A stretch of 64,000 nucleotides of DNA from Clostridiales bacterium Firm_16 (lineage in GTDB: Bacteria > Bacillota > Clostridia > Saccharofermentanales > Saccharofermentanaceae), in the NCBI GenBank assembly GCA_001604185.1, contig LVAV01000098.1:46999-110998 (forward strand). Reading direction: 5' to 3'. Every line of letters begins with the position of its first letter. Positions within the stretch are counted from its first letter, which is position 1. Positions 18,901 to 26,290 of the stretch are shown here, in pieces. The notes below the pieces were generated by a model, which was not told the origin of the DNA, did not search any database, and saw only the letters and a program-made list of their open reading frames with translations. A program made the position numbers and the translations under genes.

Positions 18901-19327
18901 TAGGTATATCACTTACAGCCGATCCATCCGTCGATTTCACGGTCATACCGAAGGAAACCTTCTGGTTAGGGAGGATATCCATATTATGTCCACCGTTCAT
19001 GACGGTATACATATTATTCGCATGTTCGATAAGATTAGCTCCCCAGATTCCTTCTATCTCGTAAGGAAGATTGAAAGAAACAAACCAGTTATGGATCGTT
19101 TTCTCTCCGGTATTTGTGATCTCAAACTGAAGATTCGCATGATCCCCCCAGGAAGATGTAGTAGAAACCTGGGAAGATATTGAAAGATCTTCCTGATAAG
19201 AATAACAGTTGTCAATTGAAACGGTATTATCTGCCAAGACTGACGGATGGGATGCAGAAACTAGGATCGTCATGGCCAGGATTAGACTAACGAGTCGGAA
19301 AAGAGATACTCTTTTACATATAGACAA
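15932..19327 (-). CDS. Secreted 1131-aa multidomain protein: signal peptide, two CBM2-like modules, TSP3-type calcium-binding repeats, unknown middle, C-terminal His/Cys domain
   Basis: The signal peptide is MSICKRVSLFRLVSLILAMTILVSASHPSVLA-DN. Two modules show the W.G....L.F.I.N.G...I..W pattern. There are at least 8 DxDxDGxxDxxE repeats (for example DTDGDGVPDYYE, DSDNDGIEDGVE, DSDGDGIPDSQE). The start is a TTG with no obvious SD, so it is uncertain. Confidence 0.8.
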   Translation of the reverse strand: MSICKRVSLFRLVSLILAMTILVSASHPSVLADNTVSIDNCYSYQEDLSISSQVSTTSSWGDHANLQFEITNTGEKTIHNWFVSFNLPYEIEGIWGANLIEHANNMYTVMNGGHNMDILPNQKVSFGMTVKSTDGSAVSDIPTFMFLNTNTFELELSSLSVNTQLYSDWGQGCNGSLTLKSNVDFPIMDWTIRFSSNRPITEVSNAILTQDEDGSYTLSNNGNNANIEGHSSLPLTFNGGEGTGLQLTLLSVRTITYPIMLTQDENNNGIADILERVGQGQQQDDPDIDLELDTDGDGVPDYYEKQLGTDPNSKDSDNDGIEDGVEVALGMDPLSADSDGDGIPDSQEDDDSDGLTLAEEIEHETYTWTDDSDVDGISDGEEIHMYGTDPLNEDTDGDGIEDGDELKLGLSPTSNDSDGDGIPDGQERFPQVRSEVIEDTERPVVNKVEVSLTGTGCLGSAMTIKDMYNEDSYCSDLVSLVGVPVSIEYEGSFDEATITFHYDETKLSTESMNLEDSTCDEEFREEDLGILWYDEESGLFVDCGATVDTNNNTVSCQTTHFSEYMLYWKVAWNYRWTYELQRHGQNRATNPDSNGLSRGIDYVLCVQYDDTMSSEQLNAQTEIVYQFIDNLRPFDRIQFVDWSMNWVFGNYTQNGWDPINDKAELKSIYESISSYCPSVSGMTGSGEVSWLFIAPHLDNRIKFLDSHEIVSVIFQNKLSYSYSGRAAMLADGIKKLSGWGYPSTYLFELPDSSYSSDAISIFNANSRGGLIDCDRVENPYDEFCRLYLLNQGADGDKDGLLDIAEDKGMVGTNGTIYHSDPEKPNSDKDSVPDREEMGAEIKLSVDDHGNVTVDGEPVYSNDTNYLTFAGFGQGDWVIYSVISDPSETDTDGDHANDGEDATPRRKNGTINYILIGKDNPGEDSLSRMRQPYINAFKAKDKNVVVIDIWENSPLSEKVKVVYDELEKDFYSYEVPWYVLNHLTCDLEKEQLSEKIAYSSVESCVIIAHGNNENSIDFDCMASDVTLRSEDVLGKLTQLCEVRFLDIQVCFTGRDGYHRGLGRTCIAKEFAKHKSVSVVFAWSGKTGYKFGYCYSTRFWGDDYGTYNSFSDTASGVVVTSYGDRFPPLPYFQ

Positions 19328-19336
19328 GAGATGACA

Positions 19337-19390
19337 TTGATTGCTTGATTGCTTGATTGATTGCTTGATTGATTGCTTGGATTCTTGCTT
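19337..19390. repeat. Tandem TTGATTGC / TTGATTGATTGC microsatellite-like array
   Basis: ttgattgc ttgattgc ttgattgattgc ttgattgattgc ttggattc ttgc, starting 10 nt upstream of the TTG start of the 1131-aa gene. Confidence 0.8.
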
Positions 19391-19417
19391 TCGTACATTA
19401 TTTTAACCTCACTTCCG

Positions 19418-19495
19418 GCACATTATTGCACACTCAAATTCATTTTAGCACAGACTGAGCGTTAAAACAAAAAAGCATGTCGAAGCGCGTTTACG
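19418..19495. repeat. Direct repeat copy 2 flanking the AT-rich islet
   Basis: gcacattattgcacactcAaattcATtttagcacagactgag ... agcgcgtttacg. See copy 1 at 15147. Confidence 0.75.
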
Positions 19496-19554
19496 CAGGG
19501 CGAAGCCCGAGTACCGGCGCTGAGACATGTTTTTTGTTCGATTGAGTGCTGTTT

Positions 19555-19594
19555 TAACTAAAACAAGGACTGCTTCATTTCTGAAGCAGTCCTT
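19555..19594 (-). terminator. Rho-independent terminator of the SPFH operon
   Basis: Perfect 13-bp stem aaggactgcttca/tgaagcagtcctt with a 4-nt loop. It is followed on the minus strand by GTTTTAGTT and lies 35 nt after the stop at 19629. Confidence 0.7.
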
Positions 19595-19628
19595 GGAATC
19601 TACAATTCGGATCAAATCCTTAAGTGGA

Positions 19629-20954
19629 TCAAGCCTTTGCCTTACCGCACTCACCGCAGAACTTACCGGTGTTGCCTGTTTTACCGCAGGAGCATGTCCA
19701 TGTGCCATCATCTGCCGGCTTAGCTCCGCCACAGTTAGAGCAGAACTTACCCTTATTACCGGTCTGACCGCAGGAGCATGTCCAACCTGCATCCTCAACC
19801 GGCTTTGCACCACCGCAGTTAGCGCAGAACTTGCCCTGGTTGCCTGTCTGGCCGCAGGAACATGTCCAGCCTGCTGCTGCCGGAGCAGCTGCCGCTGCCT
19901 GCTGCTGTTGCTGCTGCATCATCTGCTGCTGCTGCAAGAATGCCATACCCTGATTGCCAGGATTTATTCCGCTTGCACCGAAACCACCAACGAGACCAAC
20001 GCCCATCATGGTGTTGCCTGCGCCTGCCTGGTTACCTGCAGCGGTCTTCATAGCATCCACAGAACCCTTGACCTGGTAACCGGCAGCCATGTTCGGGTTG
20101 TTACCAAACATGAGACCATCGTCCATAGCCTCGATTCTCTCTCTGGACTTCTCGTCCGGAGTAACGGACATAACAGCAACCTGCTCAACGATCATACCAC
20201 GACCCTGGAGCCAATCTTCGTCCAGAACTTCGTTCATGTATTTAGCAAGCTTAACCTGCTGGGACTGAATGCGGTTGTACTGAACGCCTTCTCCGCCGGC
20301 ACCCATCTTGTTGAGTGCTTCGCCGAGGTACATCAGGAACTCAGCTTTGCCCTGACCAGGCTGACCATTCTTACCCATCAGTTCATCACGACGATACTCG
20401 CTGGAAACGTTACCGGCGATCTTCTTGAAGAATGTAACCGGATCAACGATCTTGAAAGAGAAAGTACCGTTCATGCGGATATAGATACCACGATATGTCG
20501 GATCATCATAAGCCAACGGAGCAGCTGTACCGAACTTGTTGTCCAGGATCTCCAGCATGTTTACGAAGTAAACTCTCTGCTGTGTCAGCGGCTCACCACC
20601 GGCCTTAATACGGCTCCAGATATCTGCGCAGGACTTCTTAACGCCATCGAGGAATCCGCTTGTGCCGAAGCAAGAAGGTGCGGAGGATGTATCCCAAGTA
20701 TACATACCTGCCTCAGTTGTAAAATCAACAACACGTCCATTATCTACCAGGATCAATGCTGTTCCCTCCGGAACTGCGATCTTAGATCCGTTCGAGATGA
20801 TTTCCGCATCACCCTTGTTGCTACCATTACGTACGACTTTCGCACCGCGACGGAGCAAAACTTCCTGGCCCAGTGAATCACATGTGAAGAACTCGAGGTA
20901 CTGATCTCTTAAGTTTCCACCAACGGCCTGAATTGCAGCTTTAATTAAGCCCAT
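19629..20954 (-). CDS. SPFH-type protein (YdjI / virion-core-protein-like family) with poly-Q linker and three C-terminal zinc ribbons
   Basis: The N-terminal ~300 aa resemble B. subtilis YdjI-type SPFH proteins (GLIKAAI...V.NGS.I.V.EG....V.NG...D....G.Y). A QQQQMMQQQQQQAAAAA linker follows, then three WTCSCG.TGN.GKFC..CG repeats. A strong RBS (GGGAGGAG) is present. Confidence 0.75.
   Translation of the reverse strand: MGLIKAAIQAVGGNLRDQYLEFFTCDSLGQEVLLRRGAKVVRNGSNKGDAEIISNGSKIAVPEGTALILVDNGRVVDFTTEAGMYTWDTSSAPSCFGTSGFLDGVKKSCADIWSRIKAGGEPLTQQRVYFVNMLEILDNKFGTAAPLAYDDPTYRGIYIRMNGTFSFKIVDPVTFFKKIAGNVSSEYRRDELMGKNGQPGQGKAEFLMYLGEALNKMGAGGEGVQYNRIQSQQVKLAKYMNEVLDEDWLQGRGMIVEQVAVMSVTPDEKSRERIEAMDDGLMFGNNPNMAAGYQVKGSVDAMKTAAGNQAGAGNTMMGVGLVGGFGASGINPGNQGMAFLQQQQMMQQQQQQAAAAAPAAAGWTCSCGQTGNQGKFCANCGGAKPVEDAGWTCSCGQTGNKGKFCSNCGGAKPADDGTWTCSCGKTGNTGKFCGECGKAKA
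19632..19871. repeat. Three tandem 84/84/72-nt coding repeats (zinc-ribbon modules)
   Basis: GWTCSCGQTGNQGKFCANCGGAKPVEDA / GWTCSCGQTGNKGKFCSNCGGAKPADDG / TWTCSCGKTGNTGKFCGECGKAKA. The similarity is also visible at the nucleotide level. Confidence 0.85.
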
Positions 20955-20983
20955 GTTAATCTCCTCCCTACAAGAAAAAATTT

Positions 20984-21814
20984 TCAGAGTTCGAGCAACT
21001 TGTCAACAAGCCAGACTCGCATATCTACTGTCTGTATCGCTGTTCCACAGTAAGGGCAAATGTCATTACCCAGATGCTTTACCGCAGCTCCGCAATGCGG
21101 ACAGTTGAAACCTACTCCCTTTGTATCTTCCATTGCAAGCCTTGAAGCATCCAGTATATTTACTACTGTGACGTTGTATCTGGCCTGCGTTGGAGCCGCT
21201 CGATTGCCTGATATAAATTTACCATTTCTTTCCTGGTATTGCAAATATTGTAACGAATATTGGAAGGTAATTTCCACCGTCGAAGCGGTCTTTTTATACT
21301 CGTTAATTCCGCCCTTATGCACACTTACATCGCGGTAAATCAGAGTTCGGCCTTCTGCCCTGGCTCCACCGATCTTCTGGTCCAGGTTCTGGCACAGGGA
21401 ACGGGTCACTCCGATACCGCAGTCACACAGTTCCCGCTCGATTCTATCGATGGTATCTCCGTTGGTCGGTGTCGTCATTTCCATCTGAAGCTGGAAGCTC
21501 TTAAGGAGCACAGCCCGGGCCGCGCTCTGCATCTCCGTAATGTTCAGATTCGGGAAGTCTCTTCCGATCCTCGGGATCAATGTTTCAGACAGGTCCGACA
21601 CAGATTTCGGTGACTGAAGCATGCTTCTGTCAAACTTCAGATCCTCCGGTCCGACCTTACCCTGCCGGATCTCATCTTTCACACCCTGAGAAATCACACC
21701 GAGAAGAGAATTTCTCCATGCAGCTCTCACCTTTCTGACGGCAACGGCGATCACCAGTATGCCCAGTAGTCCACCACCTGCGATCAATCCGATCGTAATC
21801 AAAGAACTTGGCAT
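20984..21814 (-). CDS. Membrane-anchored protein with C-terminal zinc ribbon (Tim44-like middle domain suspected)
   Basis: 276 aa with an N-terminal TM helix (LITIGLIAGGGLLGILVIAVAV) and NCPHCGAAVKHLGNDICPYCG near the C-terminus. The Tim44-like assignment is from recollection of similar proteins only. Confidence 0.65.
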   Translation of the reverse strand: MPSSLITIGLIAGGGLLGILVIAVAVRKVRAAWRNSLLGVISQGVKDEIRQGKVGPEDLKFDRSMLQSPKSVSDLSETLIPRIGRDFPNLNITEMQSAARAVLLKSFQLQMEMTTPTNGDTIDRIERELCDCGIGVTRSLCQNLDQKIGGARAEGRTLIYRDVSVHKGGINEYKKTASTVEITFQYSLQYLQYQERNGKFISGNRAAPTQARYNVTVVNILDASRLAMEDTKGVGFNCPHCGAAVKHLGNDICPYCGTAIQTVDMRVWLVDKLLEL

Positions 21815-21839
21815 TTTCCTATCCCCCTAGTTTATATAA

Positions 21840-22541
21840 TCAGTATGTGTAAAGTACGTTTCTGTCCATGCGAAGCACCGGAATTCCGTTTGGTGTCTTC
21901 TCTTTCCAGTTATCAGGAAGCACCTGATCCAGTCCGGTCTGGTATACCACCGGGATCCCTGTAAGTTCCTGTGCCTCCAGAAGCACTTTCTCGCCCTCGA
22001 TCAACTCTTCTTCTGTTGTCTCCTCCAGGAGATTGGAGTTGTTGATGAACCCATGGATCGGAAGTCTTGCGGCTTCAGCAAGTTCCTGGGCCATCTGCCG
22101 GATGCTTTCCGCATCCGATGTGAAGGGCCGGAATGCGTTCACGACCATGAATACCCGATATTCTATTTTCTGGAAACGACTGAGCATAGCCCCCAGAACG
22201 CGCGCGCCCAGGTCTTCTCCGCCGATATCGAACACCGCCACCGTATCATCCTGGTCAAATGCGGAATACACTTCACCGGAAAGTGCCGGAACATCAACAT
22301 TGGTATTGGCGTACTCCGGCACGATCACACGGATGCCTTCTTTCTCAAGCGCATCCTTCGCGTCCGCCGAACGGTAATACGGATTGACGATATCCAGATC
22401 CGCCAGCATTACCTTGGCTGAGGGATCTTTCTTCTTAAGCATGTGGGCAAAATGCACCGAAACTTCGGACTTTCCGCTTCCGTACGCGCCTACAAAGACA
22501 TAAAGTCTGACTTTCTCATTCGTTTTCTCGTTCATTTTCAT
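21840..22541 (-). CDS. SIMIBI-class P-loop NTPase (MinD/ParA-like fold), function unknown
   Basis: Walker A VGAYGSGKSE and a Walker B-like VAVFDIGGED. The start may be the second ATG at 22535, 6 nt after GAGGA. Confidence 0.7.
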   Translation of the reverse strand: MKMNEKTNEKVRLYVFVGAYGSGKSEVSVHFAHMLKKKDPSAKVMLADLDIVNPYYRSADAKDALEKEGIRVIVPEYANTNVDVPALSGEVYSAFDQDDTVAVFDIGGEDLGARVLGAMLSRFQKIEYRVFMVVNAFRPFTSDAESIRQMAQELAEAARLPIHGFINNSNLLEETTEEELIEGEKVLLEAQELTGIPVVYQTGLDQVLPDNWKEKTPNGIPVLRMDRNVLYTY

Positions 22542-22545
22542 TCCT

Positions 22546-22591
22546 CAAACAAAGAAATATTCGGGTGGTGCGAGACATCGCACCGCCCGAA
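22546..22591 (-). terminator. Strong hairpin + T-rich tail immediately upstream of the P-loop gene (terminator or leader structure)
   Basis: The minus strand reads TTCGGGCGGTGCGA-tgtc-TCGCACCACCCGAA followed by TATTTCTTTGTTTG. It lies 120 nt after the mutS2 stop and ends about 5 nt before the RBS of the next gene. Confidence 0.45.
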
Positions 22592-22712
22592 CATAAGCAT
22601 ACCATTTATCAATAGAAAAGACTACCGACCGCGCTCGCGAAATAGAGTTCTTTTCACGTATTGTTCACGGCAAAAGCCTGTTTGCCGCGCCAAGTCAGTT
22701 CACACCGGTTTT

Positions 22713-25163
22713 TCAGCGCAGTTCGGCAATAGTCACACCGTCTTCGCCTTCACCGAAAGTACCCAGACGGAAGCTCCGTACGCGACGGTCCTTCTTCAGA
22801 AACTGGTCCACTGCCGCACGAAGAGCACCGGTACCTTTACCATGCACGATGCGGATGTTGGAGATATTACTGAGCACACAGTCATCCAGATAGCGGTCCA
22901 GTTCACGGAGTGCCTCGTCTACCGTCATACCCAGAAGCTGGATCTCCGGCATCATGGTGGAAGACTTCTTCAGGCGGATATTATCTGCCCGGGAAGTAGA
23001 AGACTTACGCGCTGATCTTCGATCCTGAAGAGCATTCTTCTTCACTTCTTCTTTCTTCGGATAACGCAGAGAATCCGCAGATACCGTAAGTTTCAGCGGT
23101 CCGGAAGAAAGGATACAGTTGTTCTTGCTGTCCGGTCCCTTGATCACGATACCGGTAACATCCAGTGTCGGTGAATAATAAAGTCCACCTTCTCGGATCT
23201 TGTCCGGCTTCTCACCCGGGATCTCCTTGACCCCATCGTCATCGTCTCGTTCTGCATCGATATCGGCCAGACCGGCACGCAGGTTCTGACGGATGGCACG
23301 AAGTTTTCTTTCGGCTTCGTGGCTGTTCTCCATCTTCTGCAGTTCTTTGATCTCGTCCAGCACTTCGTCCGCCTTCTCCAGGACTTCTTCCAGCATTTCC
23401 TGCTTCTCGGAACGGGCCTGGGCCAGGACTCTCTTTCTTTCCTTCTCGATCTGCTTACGCTGGTTATCCAGATCTTCCGACTGTTTCTTGATCTGGTCAC
23501 GAAGGTCCGCGATCTCCTGTTGCAGTTTCGCACTTTCACGGTTATGCCGTTCTGCAGAAGAAAGCAGTTCCTCTACCTTCAGGCTTTCCTCAGAAAGGAT
23601 GCTCTGGGCCGATTCGATGATCGGATTCGGAAGTCCCAGTTTTCTGGAAATAACAAACGCATTACTTACGCCGGGAAGGCCGATCATGAGGCGATACGTA
23701 GGAGACAGGGTCTCGGTATCGAATTCACAGCAGGCGTTCTCCACACCTTCCTGCTCCACGGCATAGGCTTTCAGTTCCTTATAGTGTGTCGTGGCAACGG
23801 TAACCGCACCTTTTTTCCTGCACTCGTCCAGGATCGCGATAGCCAATGCGGCACCTTCAGACGGGTCAGTTCCGCTTCCTAATTCGTCCACCAGCACCAA
23901 TGTAGATTTCTTGGTCAGTTTCAGGATCTGGACCAGATTTGTCATATGAGCCGAGAACGTAGACAGACTCTGTTCGATACTCTGCTCATCTCCGATATCT
24001 GCCAGTACCTTCGTAAAGGTCGAGATCTCCGAGTTATCCAGGCATGGGATAAAGAGTCCCGCCATACCCATGAGGCTGATGAGGCCGCATGTCTTCAAGG
24101 ACACGGTCTTACCACCGGTATTCGGTCCCGTGATCACCAGTGTTCTGTATCTGGTGCCCACTTCAAAATCGATAGGCACGACCCGTTCCTTGTCGATCAG
24201 AGGATGACGTGCTTTTCTGAGCACGATCCGGCCTTCCTGATTGAGTCTCGGACGGGATGCATCCAGCTCCAGTGCGAACTGAGCCTTGGCCTGCATGAAA
24301 TCTATATGACCGATCAAGGCAATATCCGTCAGGATCGTAGTCTTATTCAATCCGACCTTCGCCGTCAGGATCCCCAGGATACGGTTGATCTCTTCCTGTT
24401 CCGCTGCCGTCCATTCACGGATCTTGTTATTCAGTTCCACGACCGCCATCGGCTCAATGAAAAGTGTCTGTCCGGAAGAAGATGTGTCATGGACCACACC
24501 GGGTACTTCACTCTTCTTCTCCGGTCTTACCGGCACACAATAACGGCCGTCACGCATGGTTACCAGCTGTTCCTGAAGCGCCTGCGGATTCTTACGGATC
24601 AGGCGTTCCAGGATCTCACGGATACTGCTCTGGGCTTCCCGGATCTGTCGTCTTATGGCATAAAGCTCACTGCTGGCCCGGTCATTCATCTCATTCTCAC
24701 CGGTAATAGCCGACGAGATGTCCGCTTCCAGGTCCTTCAGCGGCATAAGCTGTCTTAACTCTGCCAGAAGCAGGTGGCAGGAATCTTCTTCATCGATGGT
24801 CTTCGGCGTCACGCTGTGAAGCCGCTCCACCGTTCTAAGAAACTGGGCTACGCTGAGCAGGTGCTTCATGGAAAGCGTCGTTCCGGTATCCGAGAAACGC
24901 ACGGCGTCACGGATATCGTTGACACCACCTAACGGAAGTGCCCCTTCCTTCACCAGGAATTCCAGAGAATCCTGCGTTTCCTGCTGCCACTGTTCAACAA
25001 GGGCGATATCCGATGTCGGAAGCAGCCCATAGCATAACTCACGCCCGTAGATCGTACGAGCGTGGTTGACCAGAAGGTCCAGTATCTTGTCATACTCTAA
25101 TATGGAAAGAGAGCGGCCACGTACAAGTTTTCTTGCCGCTTCTTCTTCAAATGTCGTATACAT
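22713..25163 (-). CDS. mutS2: Endonuclease MutS2 (MutS domain + C-terminal Smr)
   Basis: Walker A ITGPNTGGKTV, DELGSGTDP and a C-terminal Smr domain IRIVHGKGTGALR. Confidence 0.9.
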   Translation of the reverse strand: MYTTFEEEAARKLVRGRSLSILEYDKILDLLVNHARTIYGRELCYGLLPTSDIALVEQWQQETQDSLEFLVKEGALPLGGVNDIRDAVRFSDTGTTLSMKHLLSVAQFLRTVERLHSVTPKTIDEEDSCHLLLAELRQLMPLKDLEADISSAITGENEMNDRASSELYAIRRQIREAQSSIREILERLIRKNPQALQEQLVTMRDGRYCVPVRPEKKSEVPGVVHDTSSSGQTLFIEPMAVVELNNKIREWTAAEQEEINRILGILTAKVGLNKTTILTDIALIGHIDFMQAKAQFALELDASRPRLNQEGRIVLRKARHPLIDKERVVPIDFEVGTRYRTLVITGPNTGGKTVSLKTCGLISLMGMAGLFIPCLDNSEISTFTKVLADIGDEQSIEQSLSTFSAHMTNLVQILKLTKKSTLVLVDELGSGTDPSEGAALAIAILDECRKKGAVTVATTHYKELKAYAVEQEGVENACCEFDTETLSPTYRLMIGLPGVSNAFVISRKLGLPNPIIESAQSILSEESLKVEELLSSAERHNRESAKLQQEIADLRDQIKKQSEDLDNQRKQIEKERKRVLAQARSEKQEMLEEVLEKADEVLDEIKELQKMENSHEAERKLRAIRQNLRAGLADIDAERDDDDGVKEIPGEKPDKIREGGLYYSPTLDVTGIVIKGPDSKNNCILSSGPLKLTVSADSLRYPKKEEVKKNALQDRRSARKSSTSRADNIRLKKSSTMMPEIQLLGMTVDEALRELDRYLDDCVLSNISNIRIVHGKGTGALRAAVDQFLKKDRRVRSFRLGTFGEGEDGVTIAELR

Positions 25164-25175
25164 ATTTTCCTCTCA

Positions 25176-26225
25176 TCAGGAGAGAAGCTTCGCCCTTTCG
25201 ACATCGTCCATGGAAATGGTCTTGTTCATGGCAAGCCCCTCTTCTATATCAACATCAGTGATCTCACCGTGCTTATACACGATGAGTCGGTTCAATTTCT
25301 TCTGCTGGATGCATTCGATAGCACGGATGCCCATCAGGCTGGCCATCGTTCTGTCACGAAGCGACGGACTGCCGCCACGTTGCAGATGTCCGAGGATCGT
25401 AGGACGGGATTCGATCTCCGTTGCTTCCTCGATCTGCTTGGCAATCTCTGTCGCACTGCCGGCACCTTCTGCAACGATAACGATATAATGACGCTTACCG
25501 CGATTTCTGCAATCCAGGATATTTCTGATTACATCCTTTATGTCCCACGGAACTTCCGGGAGAAGGATGATCTCTGCGCCGGTCGCAATACCGACATTCA
25601 AAGCAATATAACCTGCATGCCGGCCCATAACTTCGATTACGCTGCAACGCTCATGCGAAGAAGCAGTATCACGAAGTTTGTCGATAGCTTCCATCGCCGT
25701 ATTCATAGCCGTATCATAACCGATGGTATATTCTGTGCTGGCTATATCGTTATCGATGGTGCCCGGAATACCGATGACCGGAATACCGAGACGGGCCAGG
25801 TCTCTTGCGCCTTTGAAAGATCCGTCACCGCCGATGACGACCATACAGTCGATGCCGAAGATCTCACAATTCTTCGCACCCTTTAATACTCCTTCCGGTG
25901 TCTCCCAGCTCTTGGATCTGGCTGTCATCAGGAAAGTACCGCCACGCTGCAAAGTCTCGGAAACATCGCGATGACCCAGTTCCTTGATCTCGCCCTTCCA
26001 AAGTCCGTGATAGCCACGGGTCACGCCCATCATCTTAAAGCCCATCTTCGTACCGGCACGAACCACTGCACGGATCGTCGCATTCATACCCGGAGCGTCA
26101 CCGCCACTGGTCAGAACACCGATACCCTTCACCGGCTCGACAGTATCCAGATCGATCTTGTCGTAGTTCGTCGCGACCATTTCCTTCAGATTCGGCAGAT
26201 TATCACTATTATATTGTTCAAACAT
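25176..26225 (-). CDS. pfkA: ATP-dependent 6-phosphofructokinase
   Basis: IGVLTSGGDAPGMNA, VIGGDGS, PGTIDND and MGR. The start may be the internal Met (MVATNY...). Confidence 0.9.
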   Translation of the reverse strand: MFEQYNSDNLPNLKEMVATNYDKIDLDTVEPVKGIGVLTSGGDAPGMNATIRAVVRAGTKMGFKMMGVTRGYHGLWKGEIKELGHRDVSETLQRGGTFLMTARSKSWETPEGVLKGAKNCEIFGIDCMVVIGGDGSFKGARDLARLGIPVIGIPGTIDNDIASTEYTIGYDTAMNTAMEAIDKLRDTASSHERCSVIEVMGRHAGYIALNVGIATGAEIILLPEVPWDIKDVIRNILDCRNRGKRHYIVIVAEGAGSATEIAKQIEEATEIESRPTILGHLQRGGSPSLRDRTMASLMGIRAIECIQQKKLNRLIVYKHGEITDVDIEEGLAMNKTISMDDVERAKLLS

Positions 26226-26290
26226 ATCTCTTCTCCTCGCATGAATGCATGCTGTTCACTTCAAATTTGCACTATATTATACCAAATCCG

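Noticed and set aside
19527-20876. 449-aa plus-strand ORF. Similar shadows occur at 44641-45657 (+), 48348-49850 (-), 54116-55624 (+), 27977-28936 (+), 46268-47209 (+) and 23946-24758 (+).
   Set aside because: Each lies fully inside, and antisense to, a gene with strong family signatures or a better coding pattern. None has an RBS or recognisable motifs.
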